Origin: Trichoplax sp. H2
Taxonomy: Eukaryota
NCBI GenBank assembly: GCA_003344405.1
Contig: NOWV01000273.1
Span: 1 to 64,000 of the forward strand
Direction: 5' to 3'
Length of the DNA: 64,000 nt
Position 1 is the stretch's first letter; every line of letters starts with the position of its first letter. The notes below the pieces were generated by a model, which worked only from the letters and a program-made list of their open reading frames with translations, was not told the DNA's origin and searched no databases. Shown here piece by piece: positions 27,501-39,430 of the stretch. The translations under genes and the position numbers were made by a program.

Positions 27501-27734
27501 TAGAATTACTAAGGTAAGTTACGATATTATTTATGCAATATAGTATAAAAATAGCGATGCATAATAAAATGAAATTGTTTCATGTCGGTAAGTAACAAGT
27601 TTACCTAATTTTGATAATTTGCTTAACAATAACTGTGCAAAAATTTTAAATATTATTAAGCTATAGCTTACCTATGTATTTTATAGTATGAAAACTTGTA
27701 TACGAATGGGGAACTGAATCAAGCAAGCTTTTAG
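6509..27734 (+). CDS. Giant adhesion GPCR (class B2), ~3,000 aa, ~43 exons: SP-IgGFcBD-Ig x3-FN3 x15-Ig-HRM-GAIN/GPS-7TM-tail
   Basis: Phase-compatible GT-AG exon chain built by hand: 6509-6572, 8463-9722, 9979-10263, 11853-12137, 12847-13146, 13269-13589, 13763-14071, eleven 297-bp exons between 14336 and 19814, 19933-20003, 20104-20350, 20539-20841, 20946-21221, 21323-21430, 21607-21713, 21898-22065, 22209-22277, 22433-22550, 22675-22800, 22892-22961, 23151-23256, 23451-23512, 23892-24006, 24395-24492, 24770-24872, 25002-25152, 25323-25404, 25584-25650, 26102-26199, 26287-26413, 26669-26728, 26999-27071, 27461-27513, 27687-27734 (TAG). The tail exons are the least certain. Confidence 0.88.
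8463..9722 (+). CDS. aGPCR exon: IgGFc-binding-protein N-terminal domain (~420 aa)
   Basis: FCGBP-N-like motifs GREFFVGF, SDKDVGVLAGNECA, LGKNY, DKPCLVTQF, DPFMTFVPAIEQY and GYGHLGG; T|GTAAGT donor. Confidence 0.85.
9979..13146 (+). CDS. aGPCR exons: three Ig (I-set-like) domains
   Basis: Exons 9979-10263, 11853-12137 and 12847-13146, each with the C...W(LK)...DxGxYxC-type pattern (DMGNYQC, DQASYRC, DAGNYLC); all phase 1-1. Confidence 0.92.
13269..20841 (+). CDS. aGPCR exons: 15 fibronectin type III domains
   Basis: P..P.N....S..I.W.P....RNG.I..Y...L.P(F/Y)T.Y...AAT..GFGP.S pattern. 297-bp exons start at 14336, 14733, 15291, 15702, 16330, 16748, 17468, 18175 (not in the ORF track), 18659, 19122 and 19518. 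One FN3 is split over 19933-20003 and 20104-20350. Confidence 0.95.
20946..24006 (+). CDS. aGPCR exons: Ig4, hormone-receptor motif (HRM), GAIN domain and GPS
   Basis: Ig: LECTATGDPIPSVKWMKDG...DNGSHWC. HRM: FC...WPKTYRGKTALVSCP...ASRLC...W...GC. GAIN: LYGGDI, VVVIYKTL, VNSHIIST. GPS: CTYW...WETTGC...CYCNHT/TTFATIL. Confidence 0.9.
24395..26728 (+). CDS. aGPCR exons: secretin-type (7tm_2) transmembrane bundle
   Basis: TM1 TYIGCGLSSFFLVLTIAIH; TM3 CVILATVLHYVLLASFAWML; ECL2 CWL; TM6 LLMLAICW; TM7 KGLYVFTFYGC. Confidence 0.88.
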
Positions 27735-27823
27735 AATTCATACTAATTGGACAAGTCCAATATAGCTCTTATATAACCTTTTAGAATTCATACTAATCAA
27801 ACTTGTCCAATAAAGCTTTTATA
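27728..27823 (+). repeat. 50-bp tandem duplication spanning the aGPCR stop codon; second copy carries AATAAA
   Basis: CTTTTAGAATTCATACTAAT at 27728 and 27778; AATAAA at 27809-27814, versus AATATA in the first copy. Confidence 0.8.
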
Positions 27824-30458
27824 AAGATAGCGCTACATCGAATTATATTCGTTATGTTAGCTATTATTTCGTAAAGACTTTAATTGTAATGCAAAAGCTA
27901 CAAATTTCAGGGATTGATTTTCGTTGTAAAATTTATCCTGAGAGTTTCTTTACAGCCCGCATACACTAAGTTAGGTAATGGCAGCACACATGGGTTTAGA
28001 ATTGCAATCTAAAGGCATATTGTAATGTTATTATACAAACTATCATAGAAATAGATTGGTAAATTAAATAATTTTAATTCTCTCATAAAGTAATCGAGCC
28101 TAAATACTTACAGTAAGAAAAACAAATTGCGATTGTACTGCGGTAAATAGCCTATTCCATTGCACCGTACTAATATTTTTACATGTTATCGTACCAGGTA
28201 GTTGTAGTACATTACTCATATTTACCTTGCTAGTCGTATTGATTATAATTAAATAATTAGTTTATGATAGATCTTGTGCTGTTAATAAACCATTTCATAA
28301 AAACATGATGTAATCTGACAATCTAAAATAAAACATTAGATATCTATGTCTACTAATATTACAGCCAAAATTAGCTACTATTAGATAGTTTGGTATAAAT
28401 CCACAGCTTGAATTATGTGGAGGTTAATAATTCTGCCACTTATAACTACTTTATTAGAGTGCAATATATAAACTCCACCATTATGATTACCATAGAGAGA
28501 TTTAGTCAATTAGCACAGTTTTTACCAAAGTGATATATTACCCTATAAATATCAACTAAAATATTACTAATTAAAAATTATGTTACTCTCTAAGTGGCTA
28601 TATTTTTTACATATCGCAATTGCCGAAGTAATTAGTGTAGTAACTACATTAATATAACAATTTTTGGTCTAGCAAATCTAATATGGTTTGATTTTGGAAT
28701 GTATGGATTCTATAATCTATCTATGCGCTTCATCATCTTTGATAGCCTTACATTGTATCATTATACTTAAAGAGTTCGAAGGTGTTCATCAAATTCATCA
28801 AAATTTACGATCTCGATAATGTAATAGATAATTTCACTAATTGAGTTAATTTCCTTGATCACTGAAGTACTGTATACTGCATGCCTGAATTTGTTATAAA
28901 TTTTCTTGAACATAGTTATTATATCAAGTTAATAGATAGCTGAGTTTATAATGAACATATAAGATAAGGATATGTTGTGCTAGGAGAGTTATCTAAGTCC
29001 TAACCTTAAGAATTCATTGTAATGACGAATAGCAAAATTATACTCGTATGCAGATTTTCAAAATTTAAACGAAGAGGGTTTATTGGTTAGAGTTATTAAT
29101 TCTTTTCTGTCGCTTCACCTGATCAAAGAATTAGTAGAAAGGTCTATTTCCTGGTTTACTGCTAATAACGAATAGGGTACATCTTCTTTGAAAGCATACG
29201 CTGTGTTCAATCGTATTTAAAGTAGGTTATGAAACACTTATTTTAATTAATCGGTACTGTATTTTAATATTTTTCTGTTGATAATTCTATATATATTTTG
29301 CGATGAGGTATAGCTCCAGATGACTTTCACTTTACATGTAGAACATCTGGATGTAATTGCATAATAACAGTAAAGAGTGCTGTGATACCTGTGGGCTTTC
29401 TCACTGAAGAAAGTTTGAGTACTTCTAGAAATAGTTTCTATGAAGGTTTCGGCTCTTTTGAAAGTGAATTTTAAGATTGTATGTTTATGGCGTGTTCTGT
29501 ACTTATGATTGATGTGCTTGAAGTATAAAAATGAACTTGGCAACTTTTTCATAACTGTTCACATTTAGTTGGGGCATATTCAATTTCATTTTTGACTACC
29601 CTCCAAATTACGTATTACCAAGCTGAAGAATACGAATTTTTTTGACGAGCTAGCTTGCTAATGCAAAAGGATGTCCAATATAAAATTTTTGTCGCTATCA
29701 ATCAGATCTTTCAAAGAGATATAGTATTAAAGTTAGTCTCTTTTAATCTCCAAGAATAAGAAATTTTAGAGATTTGTAAATAACGTTATCGATGAAATAA
29801 AATACGTATTTATCAAATTTTACTCACATTACATTGTGTCCTGTATGTCTTATTAATTATGATCTGCAACTATCAAAAATATTCAATAAACAACAGTTGC
29901 ATAATAGAATAATTAATCGAAGTATTGATTGCTTTCTTTATTGGTTTAATCAATATTTTGCTCAGTATTATTTGTGTGCTTTACAAATATGCAAAATGTA
30001 ATTGCAAGCATTGTAAATAATGGTGCACACTGCAGTTAGATACTGTAATTAACGTAACAGTAAGCGTAGATAGCTGACTCTTAGTGTGTTCATGTATCTC
30101 ATCCTAGCTTTATATTGGACGGTAAATCCAATATTAAGACAATTCTACATCTTAGATGATAAATGATAAGCAGAGGAACTGATATAGCCATTAAATATAC
30201 CAACATCTGAGCCTATTAAGATCCAGCTTTGATTGAAAAGCAATAAAGCTGATACAGAAATTATGACGTATCTATAAGAACATGCATTTTCACTTGCAAC
30301 AGGTTCACTTGCAAATAATTTAGTTCTAGAGTAACGACGAAATAATACGAGCTATAAACATGATATAGCACTGTATACTGATTACTGTTTCAGAGCCGTG
30401 TCTGCGGCTGAAACAGATAAAAGATATAGATATTATAGAAATGATAGTTTAGAATTTC

Positions 30459-32443
30459 TTAGTCTTTACTCTCCTCATGGTCATCATGCTGTTGTAGATA
30501 GTCGTCGAGATAAAACTGTTCTTCATTTTCTTGTTTTTCTTCTATGTCTTCTTGTATTTCAGGGTGCTTTAATGGCCTATCATTTTTCCTGTAAAATCCT
30601 TCTAATGCTCTTTTTGATTCGTAAGCGAACCAGGAATCACCTCTAGTAATTGGTGTCGGAAGGAAAATTCGGGAGTGCTGAGGAGTTATTTGTTTTACAT
30701 GGTCACTATTACGTCTAGTACTATCAAACGGTTGCTCAATTGGGAACTTAGGCGGAATCGTATTCCAAGAAGACTGTAATATATTACCCTCTGTTTGAGT
30801 TCGGTCAATCAATTCTTTTGATTGTTTAGGACCTGCTTGGTTATTTTGCTGATGTAACGTAGAAGAACTGGAATCACATTGCTGATTTTCTTGATTAATG
30901 GTAAGTTCTTTATCGAATGGCAAATCGAACGCAGTATCAGGTAAGGGAACTTTACTCGTTCTTCTTTTATCAGGTGAATGCTGTCTTTCTTGCTGAGTTA
31001 TTTTACTAGTATTAAATTCACGAATACTGTCATCCTGGCAACGTGATAATTTCATTTTGTTAGTTTGATGTAAGTCTCTAGTATCAGGTAATTGTTGCGA
31101 TGTTTTTTTAGCTTCATTTTTCTCCTTAATTTTACGGCTTAACACCTGCTCAATATCGCTATATTCCGATGCTAGTAAGATAGGGTAAATAAACCGTTAC
31201 AGAGGTAAAGGAAAATAATTTATTAAGATAAAAATATACCCTCGAAAAATTTGGCTTACCCGGCACTTGAAAAATATCCCACTCCAAATCATCGTCGTCT
31301 TCACTATACTGCTTTCGATAAAGATTAAATTGAGTTGGATAGATTGATTTATCATTACATGACTTAACATTCCATTCGCCTTGACGTTTTTCGGACAGAT
31401 TTCGGATATGACTATAGTTTTTAAAGAGTAATTACAGTATTTATAGTATTTATTCAGCAATTCCTACGATACCAAGTATCATCGAGAAACTGTCATTATA
31501 AATGTTTATGCTATATGAAACTCCTGGAGTGGTAAAGTTTATGTTGGTTATGCTATCAATTGATTAAAGGTAAGTTAATAGGATATTACTTAGTAATGAT
31601 AGCCAAAGATTTAGTATTAATTGTGTAGTAAGAAATACTCTTGCATCGACGACTATCCCTGCTGTTATTATTACATGTTGCTTTGCATTAGCCATATATG
31701 GCATTAATTGAACGTTAGAGAATTGAATTCAAGCTATGAAGTAACACAGAAAGATTGATTTTAATTTTTACTTTAGCTACTGATATACACTGATATCGAT
31801 ATGAAGTGAGATCTGAATAATTTTATGAGGTAATCAAGCAAAATGATCAGCTTTCTATATCTTGATTACGGAGGATCTTCGAAATGAAAATACTATTTAA
31901 GATTATAGAAATGATATAAATCCGTAGAAATCTTTTTTTAAACCTCCGTTGGTGTATTGAGCACTCAGTTAAAAGTACTATATGAATTATTGTCAGTATG
32001 ATTTAAAATTATGATGAAAATATAAATTTATCATCTTAAAACTTACCGTCTGTGTATTAAGCACTCGATTAAAAGTATTAGTCCTAATATTAAAGCCATC
32101 AAGATACAGGTTGCAAATAAAACGTAGGAGACGATAATTAAACTGTTCGCTACTAAAAAATGCAAAAGATTATCCAAATATAAGTTCTATATCTGTAAGG
32201 TTATTAAACTTGTAATTTGCTATGGCTAGACGGATTATCAACAGTTTCAATATGTCATGATATTGATGCTATTAGAATTCTTACCTTGACACTGGTCAAC
32301 AGCTACCGATGCTGATGACGATGTAGTTAAGCCATACGGACATAGCCAACAGTCGGATTGATTTGCATAAGGTTGATAAGTACCAACTTGACAAGGCAGG
32401 CAAGTTTGATCGGACTGGAGGTAGTACCCAGGAGGACAAATCA
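30459..32443 (-). CDS. Single-pass membrane protein, 3' portion: ephrin-receptor-like (GCC2/GCC3) Cys-rich domain, TM helix, long low-complexity cytoplasmic tail
   Basis: Phase-compatible exons 32443-32285 (ICPPGYY...CLPCQVGTYQ...CWLCPYGLTT...CQ), 32152-32047 (VANSLIIVSYVLFATCILMALILGLILLIECLIHRR), 31411-31260 (...YSEDDDDLEWDIFQVP) and 31171-30459 (to stop). Upstream exons and start codon not resolved. Confidence 0.75.
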
Positions 32444-35400
32444 CTAATTAAATTTATTAAGATTTAGCTGATCAATATTTTGACGAAATGTTGTAACGAG
32501 CACTTAAAGATTTCAGTTTGAAAAAGAAAACTGAGTTATAGTCTGTTTCTTATAATACTACAACATCAGTAGAAGAATCGCATTTCTCTACCACAAAATC
32601 GAGCATTATTTAATACTATTCTAATCATGGAATTCTAATTTGGTTGTAATCATGCCAAGTCGTAATAATGAGCATAGCTGATATTACTTTTCATGGATGT
32701 TATCTGTACATGGTGAAAGTAACTTCACTCCCTTGACCTAATTTTATAAAACTCGTAACCTAATACAGTACGTAACGTCTGAAATTTTCTGCTTATAATT
32801 ATTCACAGTATGTCTTAGCAATCTACGAGCTATAATCACTATCTAGTAGTTACTAAAAGCATCTTACCACAGATAAGTAAGAAATGGGGGTATCTACAGG
32901 TTTTCTCTAACTATTAGACATGTATGGTCGAAACTATAACCTTTTCGGTATTATCGGGATAGTACATAGTAGCCATGCAATAGAATACTATTTCACCAAA
33001 GTGAATTAAAACTCTGATCATTACATATTAAGAGTCTTGAGTTCATATACGGCATGAAAGAAAGTAAGAAGAATTGTTCACTTCTCAAAACCATTCTAGG
33101 AGATTGAGACTGTGTTATAACAAGTCAAATCTACGTAGTCTTCGCTACCATTGCGAATGATATCGATCACTGTTAATAATTACGGGAAGTCTTGAGTCAA
33201 TATGGCTGAAAAATAGAGAACTCGTGAATCTATTAAAGCAGCTTAGTATTTTAATGATCCTTATGGCAATTAAGATTTGTACTTAGGAGAAAATGAGTAG
33301 AAGAGGAATTGCGTTGAAGCATAAAAAGGATGAGTACCCAATCTCTTTTCGGTATTCGTCTGCATTATACGTAAGATCCATGTTTCATAGTGAATATTAT
33401 CATAATGACCACATTATAAAATCTTTCACTATTGCTCTTTCAGATTATAATCAAGTAACATCCCTTAAACTGATAAGATTTTAAACATTATATCATTAGC
33501 GTAAACAGCTTGAATACGGTTGATATTGAAAGTATTGTTTAAGCTGAAAATACCAAATAAAGTACAAAAGCTAGTTGATGAACATTCTGTCTTAAAGATT
33601 TTTCTAGAGTATCATTAGAGAAAACCACTCGAAGATGGTTACAATTTAATTGAAGTATCGTTTAAATTGAAAGTATGACATAAAGTTCAGAAGTGAATGA
33701 CGGATACTCTATCTTAAAGATTCATCTTAAATATCGCTACGAAAATGCTAAGAATCCACAATTAGGAAAGCCAGTTAGGAAATCATTTTAACGACCAATT
33801 ATTTAAGGGAGTGCCGTAATAATTCTGCTGATGATTTGCATTAAAGGTAGAGTTAAATTCAATCATTTGGGAAACGTTAAGGAGAGGAAGTAGATAAACG
33901 ATTATTGTTTGTTTTCAAATTTTAAACGGTATGCTTTTAATCCAAGTTAGAAGACTTTTTAAAAGGCGTTTTAGCGACCACTATTTAACGAAGTAGCCCC
34001 CCTAGGGATTACTGCATATCACTTAAAATTAAGTTAAAGATTACGTCTTAGGTGAAATAAAGAAAAATAGTACTATAGAGAGTGAATTGATGTATAATTA
34101 TAATTTAATGATTCAATTTCAATGATTTCGCGGAACCGCAAATTGAAATTCAAAATGGTAGAAAACTATTTAAAAATGCTTTGAAGGGTTCATTACTAAA
34201 CGGAGTGATTCTAGCTCGGGAATTATGATTTAATCCGATCTAGGTGATAAATTGAATAATAAAAAAAAATCGTACAAACGACATAGGGCAGAAATACCTA
34301 GACGAATATTTTACTTAAAGATTCATTTCTAACGCTCTTACTGAAATAGAGTGAGACCCAAATCACTTTAATGAAAGATTGCTCAAAAGACGAGAAGACT
34401 GTAACGTAACTCATAATTAATTTTAAACTAAATATATGGAAAAAGAAAAGTGATGAATTAATTCTCCCTTCAATATCCCGTCAAACACTTTAATGTTAGT
34501 CTGTTTAGAATCCACGCCGGCAAAAAACGAATAAAATTATCATTTGCAGGGCCTCTTCTGAACAGGATGATTTGACATTGAACTAGTATTACCTAATGAC
34601 GATCCAGAAATGGTTTGTCCTGCGTTTTCCATTGCCTACTTCTGCTAAAGATAAATGACTGCGATTCGAATGCGAATTTCTTACTTGCTTGCGTTAGTAC
34701 TAATCCCGTGATTCGTTTCTAGATTGGTATCAGCTTCATTTTATTTGAAGATAACAAGTTTAATGGATCCTCAACGATGTCAACATGCAATCAAAAAACA
34801 GATTTTGTAAAAAAAATTCTATGTAAAGTTAATCAAAGATTGTAAACAATTTTAAATGGATACTGTAAAAGTTCTTAATCGAAAATATCATCCATATTAG
34901 TCAATTTTAATGATAGTAAATACAATATAACGCAGAGATGTATTACGTGCTGTAACACTAAGAAGAAATGGATTGCATTATAAATTGGAAGTGAAAAATT
35001 CTCGTTCAAGAAAATAGAAGGTTTTAAATCGATTTTAGTCTTAATTTGATTCAGTTATATCAGGATCAAATGCTAGTAATATCATCAGGCTGTGATACAA
35101 TTAAAAAATGATCTCAAATCATAAGTATGCATGTTACAGTAATGATTGACTTTATGTGATGAAAAGGGAGACTTGAAGGCTTGCTGTTGCACGTATCGCA
35201 ATTTTATTAGATTTTTTATACTTTACGTCATATGTGATGGCAAGGGCTGTGATCCAACAAAAGTGTCTACGCTGTATATTAACAGCAAATATTTACTCCT
35301 GATTTACTTGTAAAAATTGTTTATATTTTATTATTAACTTAAGTAAATGAGCAGTAAAAAATTCTCATATGGAACTACTGTAGTGATATAGATACCATGA

Positions 35401-36699
35401 ATTGGTTTTAATTTGCTGTCATCAGTAGATGTACTGGCTGCATCTTACTCCAGATTTTAGGCTGTAATTGATTAGTTAAATATAAAGGGCAAAATATAGA
35501 TTAAAAATATCAAATTGTCCGACACTAAAACAAAAAGCGTTTCTTTTCAAGCATTAAGTGTACGATTGATTATTAATCCAACATTTCTGCTATACTCAAG
35601 AAGAGAATATTTCCCAATGTAGCATTAAACACTTTTGGAGCATGAATTCTTGCGACTACTCCTTCATTTTAGATATTATGAAGATTTGATACCCTGAGCC
35701 AGACATAGTCCTACCATTTGATAAACCTGAGATTCATATTTAGACGGAGAGAAACTGTGCAACAATTATAACAAGTTATTGACTGCTACTGAAAGATTAA
35801 ACATTAGATTTCATTTCATGGGTTATTCGTCTTTCTCGGATAGAAAGCCTTAAGTGTGATTTTATAAGGTGATCCATGCGGAAATGAAATAAATAAAAGA
35901 TACGGTATTTGTGGCAGAAAAATCTTATAGAATAATTTTTAGGATGACTCCGCACTACGTTATTATTCTAATTAGAATTTTGATAATATTCTTTATAGAT
36001 GGAAAAGGGTTAATTTTACGAAAAGTCAAGAATATTGGACACATAATTACAAGCGAAAAAGACTCACTAGCCTATGCTACTCATTGTAAAAAAATCAATT
36101 TCAAGTTCTAAAAGCCTGTAATAGCTATAGCAAAATTCAAGAATTCAGATTGCCTTAGAAATAAACAAGTCGAAACTATGAAAAGTCTTTTCTAAAGATA
36201 TTTTGTTATCAGCATTTGATACATTATTAACTGTATATATATCTGGCATCATTTCTGAATCTTAACGAATACTGTTTATGGTTCTTCTATTTGTCATTTA
36301 ATAGAGTCGGAGTGGATAAATATACTCTAACTTGTGAGGAGTAATTATAATAAGGACAGATTAGCTTCATAACTATATTGAGGCAGTTTAGAGGTAATTT
36401 GTAAATTAAGCTAGCTAGATGATGGATGACATCCATAAAGTTAATGAATAATCGAGTAATAATTAAACGGATGACTACAATATTATAGAATTTGCATATT
36501 ATAGTTAACTCTTACATGCAAAATGTCAATGTCAGACATTTATTATATTACTTCAAAGATGGCTAGAATCTTAATTCAACGAGTTTGTCCCTTGATTATG
36601 TTTTCCTAGTGAAATTTTATTACTAATAGTGAGTACTTTTATCATGGATACGGGGGTTCTTGATCGGTCATAACTAAGATCATCTTCAGCTGTCCCAGT

Positions 36700-36826
36700 T
36701 AGGACTGAAAGTGGGCGATTCGGTTTAATGGTTAAATGGTTATCAATAGGTTAATCGGTTATGGTTTATGCTCGATTCAGTAATGGTTAAATGGTTATCA
36801 ATCGGTTAATCGGATATGGTTTACTA
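36700..36826. repeat. ~55-bp tandem duplication of GGTT-rich motifs; resembles a DNA-transposon/MITE terminus
   Basis: TAATGGTTAAATGGTTATCAAT(A/C)GGTTAATCGG(T/A)TATGGTTTA occurs twice (about 36726 and 36781), preceded by TAGGACTGAAAGTGGGCGATTCGG. No partner inverted end found. Confidence 0.5.
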
Positions 36827-38679
36827 TACTCTAAGCGGAATTAAATGTATGAGCTGAGAAAGTTTTCAAAAATATTTGCATAAACTATCTTAAAATTTGT
36901 CGCTAAGTCATGTTAACTGTTATGAAATGAAATGTTTCAGCTGGATCAAAAATTTAGTATGCAACAAGCGAGTAGTCAAATTAAGAGCGAAATAAAATGA
37001 AATAATTTTTCATTTCTGCGACTTATAAGCTAGTTAAGTCATGGCAAGCGAGCAAAATCATAGATCGATTAATTTTACATCGACTGAAATGACAATAACA
37101 TATACCGTACCAATGCCATAACAAAACAGTTTCGTACTTTGCAATTTAGCCTCCTGATAGGTTTGCGAGGCAGTACTACAGTTTCAAAAATGAAAATTTG
37201 CAAATCAGTAACAATAACTTGTAGAAGGAAAATAATACTAGTAAGGTCTCTAGTGGTGATGTAAGTTTTACAATTTCTGAAAAATGCTATAGTTTGGTTA
37301 ATAATTGAGCCTTGACATAGAATAATAAATGACTAAAATTTTTTTAATATCTTATTAGGATAGTAATTGACTATGCATGACTTACTTATCCTTAAGATTT
37401 TGGACGAATAGCAATAGTGTGTTAAATCTGTTATTCTCTGAGATTAGGAATGAAAAGATTAATCACCTAAATTTAGGTTAGTAATTGAAACAAGGGACTA
37501 TCCTTCGAGCTAAGACATTTGGCTAATAAATTTATAAAAATTAACATAATAATCTGAACAATATGCACTGTATAGCCGAAATTTGATGTAACATCGGCCA
37601 TTTGTTAAAATCAGTCCTTTTTCTAACCTTGAGCTATTTGGAAATAGCTTGCGCTGATAATACAAACTGAATTTTAAAACCACCACATCAGCATTTATTA
37701 ACTCATCTATATACGTCAAAGCTCTCAATACTTTTTTGCGTGTATTTAAAACGTTTTACAATTTTTAAAATCGACACTATCCGTGCTATTATGACTGTTC
37801 AATTTCGCAAGCAGATAAAGAAGATAAATTTCCGTAAATAATTTTCACATCCGTTTTCAACGCCATTTCAGAATTTTGTAGATACATTTACAACTAATAC
37901 TATTCTTGCCTATGATCGGAATTGGAAGAGCATAGCAGCTATAAGATATAAAAAGAGCTAGTGTTGAATTCTGCTGCATGTGAACGATTTTTAGGACAGA
38001 ATTAAATAAAAACTAAACTACCTCAAAAATATAGATTATTCACCGTTTTAATGCATCGTTTCAGAAACAGTTATTGTACTCTCAAAAGCAAGATTGTGTG
38101 CAATTCGTTGACACGAGAGGTATAGCGAATAGAGGTAGAATAAGGTATATGGGACTAGAATAGAACTATATTAGTGATTATATATGCTGTTAACTGCAAG
38201 TGAAGAACAAATATTGTTAATAATAGTGATCCATATGTATTGGATACGTAATACTTTCATAGCAACATTTGTTGGAATTTCGTACGACTGCATAGAAGCT
38301 AGACACAGAGAATTATCTAGACTGGATATGAGCAGTGTTAGTTGACACTGGCGTTCAATTCAATTACTATGATTACGGTAAGTAATTATAAAATATTAGA
38401 ATTTTGGATATTTCCATCAGCTGTATATCAGTAGTTGTCGCATTTAATTCTTTAAAGTATTAGTGTTACGTTACTTTTTTGCGATTGAAAGTTGGCATGC
38501 AGAAATATCAGGCTATAGACTTTGAGAATATAGTGGAGAAATAGAATAACATCACCTAAGTTAATTAATTAATTGTTAGCTGCATTTTATAGCAGAATCC
38601 ATTTGCCTGTGCATATTAATATTTCAATATATAAGGCGGTTTTCAGTGAAATTTGGTCGTTGAAATAAAAGTGCAAAGG

Positions 38680-39430
38680 TACTGCCATCAGCTTCGTTGA
38701 ACAATAACTAACCATGATCCAATAGCTATGTTAAGAATTGATTGCAACATAGCAGATCAGTCTTTGCTTATTATATTCTGTCCGTGTCTGCTGTAATGCA
38801 ATGAATTGTTAAATTGCAAAGACACTTACTTCATCAGCTTCGCTTAACCGTAACTAAACCATGCTCCAGTAGCTATATTCAGAATTTATTTCAGCATACT
38901 AAATCAATCTTTACTATTTCTATTCTGCTCTTGTGTGTTGTAATCAAGTAAATTTTTAATTAGCAAAGGCTCTTTCATCAGCTTCGTGTCACCATAAAGA
39001 AACCATGCTCTAGTAGCTATATTAAAAATTTATTGAAGCATACCAGATCATTCTCTGCTTATGCTATTCTGTCCGAGTCCGCTATCATACAATCAGTTGT
39101 CAAATTACAAAGGTTGTTTCATCAACTTCTTTTAGTCGTAACTAAACCATCCTTCGGTAGTTATATTAAGAATTTATTGCAATATAGCAGATCAGACTAT
39201 TGGGATTTAGTCGCAGAAATAGTGTAGCATTAATAAAGTTGATTAATTTATTGGTAGCTGCACTACGCGTACGGTACATAACAAAATCCGTTGACAGTTG
39301 CACAATATATGTTAAATAGATAATTTTTAATCAGAGCTTTGCTATTGGAATAAAAGTACAGGATATACTTTCATCAACTTGGTTGAGCCTTAAATAAACC
39401 ATGCTTCAGCAGCTATACGAATTTATTGCG
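38680..39430. repeat. Degenerate ~145-bp tandem repeat, 4-5 copies
   Basis: CATCA(G/A)CTT...AACCAT(G)CTC.AGTAGCTATATT.AGAATTTATT recurs near 38686, 38832, 38976, 39119 and 39371. Confidence 0.8.

Noticed and set aside
28700..29700. Possible decayed minus-strand coding sequence, including ORF 29247-29552
   Set aside because: Multiple stops and no recognisable domain or splice chain.
32867..33206. Candidate upstream exons for the single-pass membrane gene
   Set aside because: A donor near 32866 and an acceptor near 33206 exist, but I could not build a convincing open, phase-consistent chain or a signal peptide.
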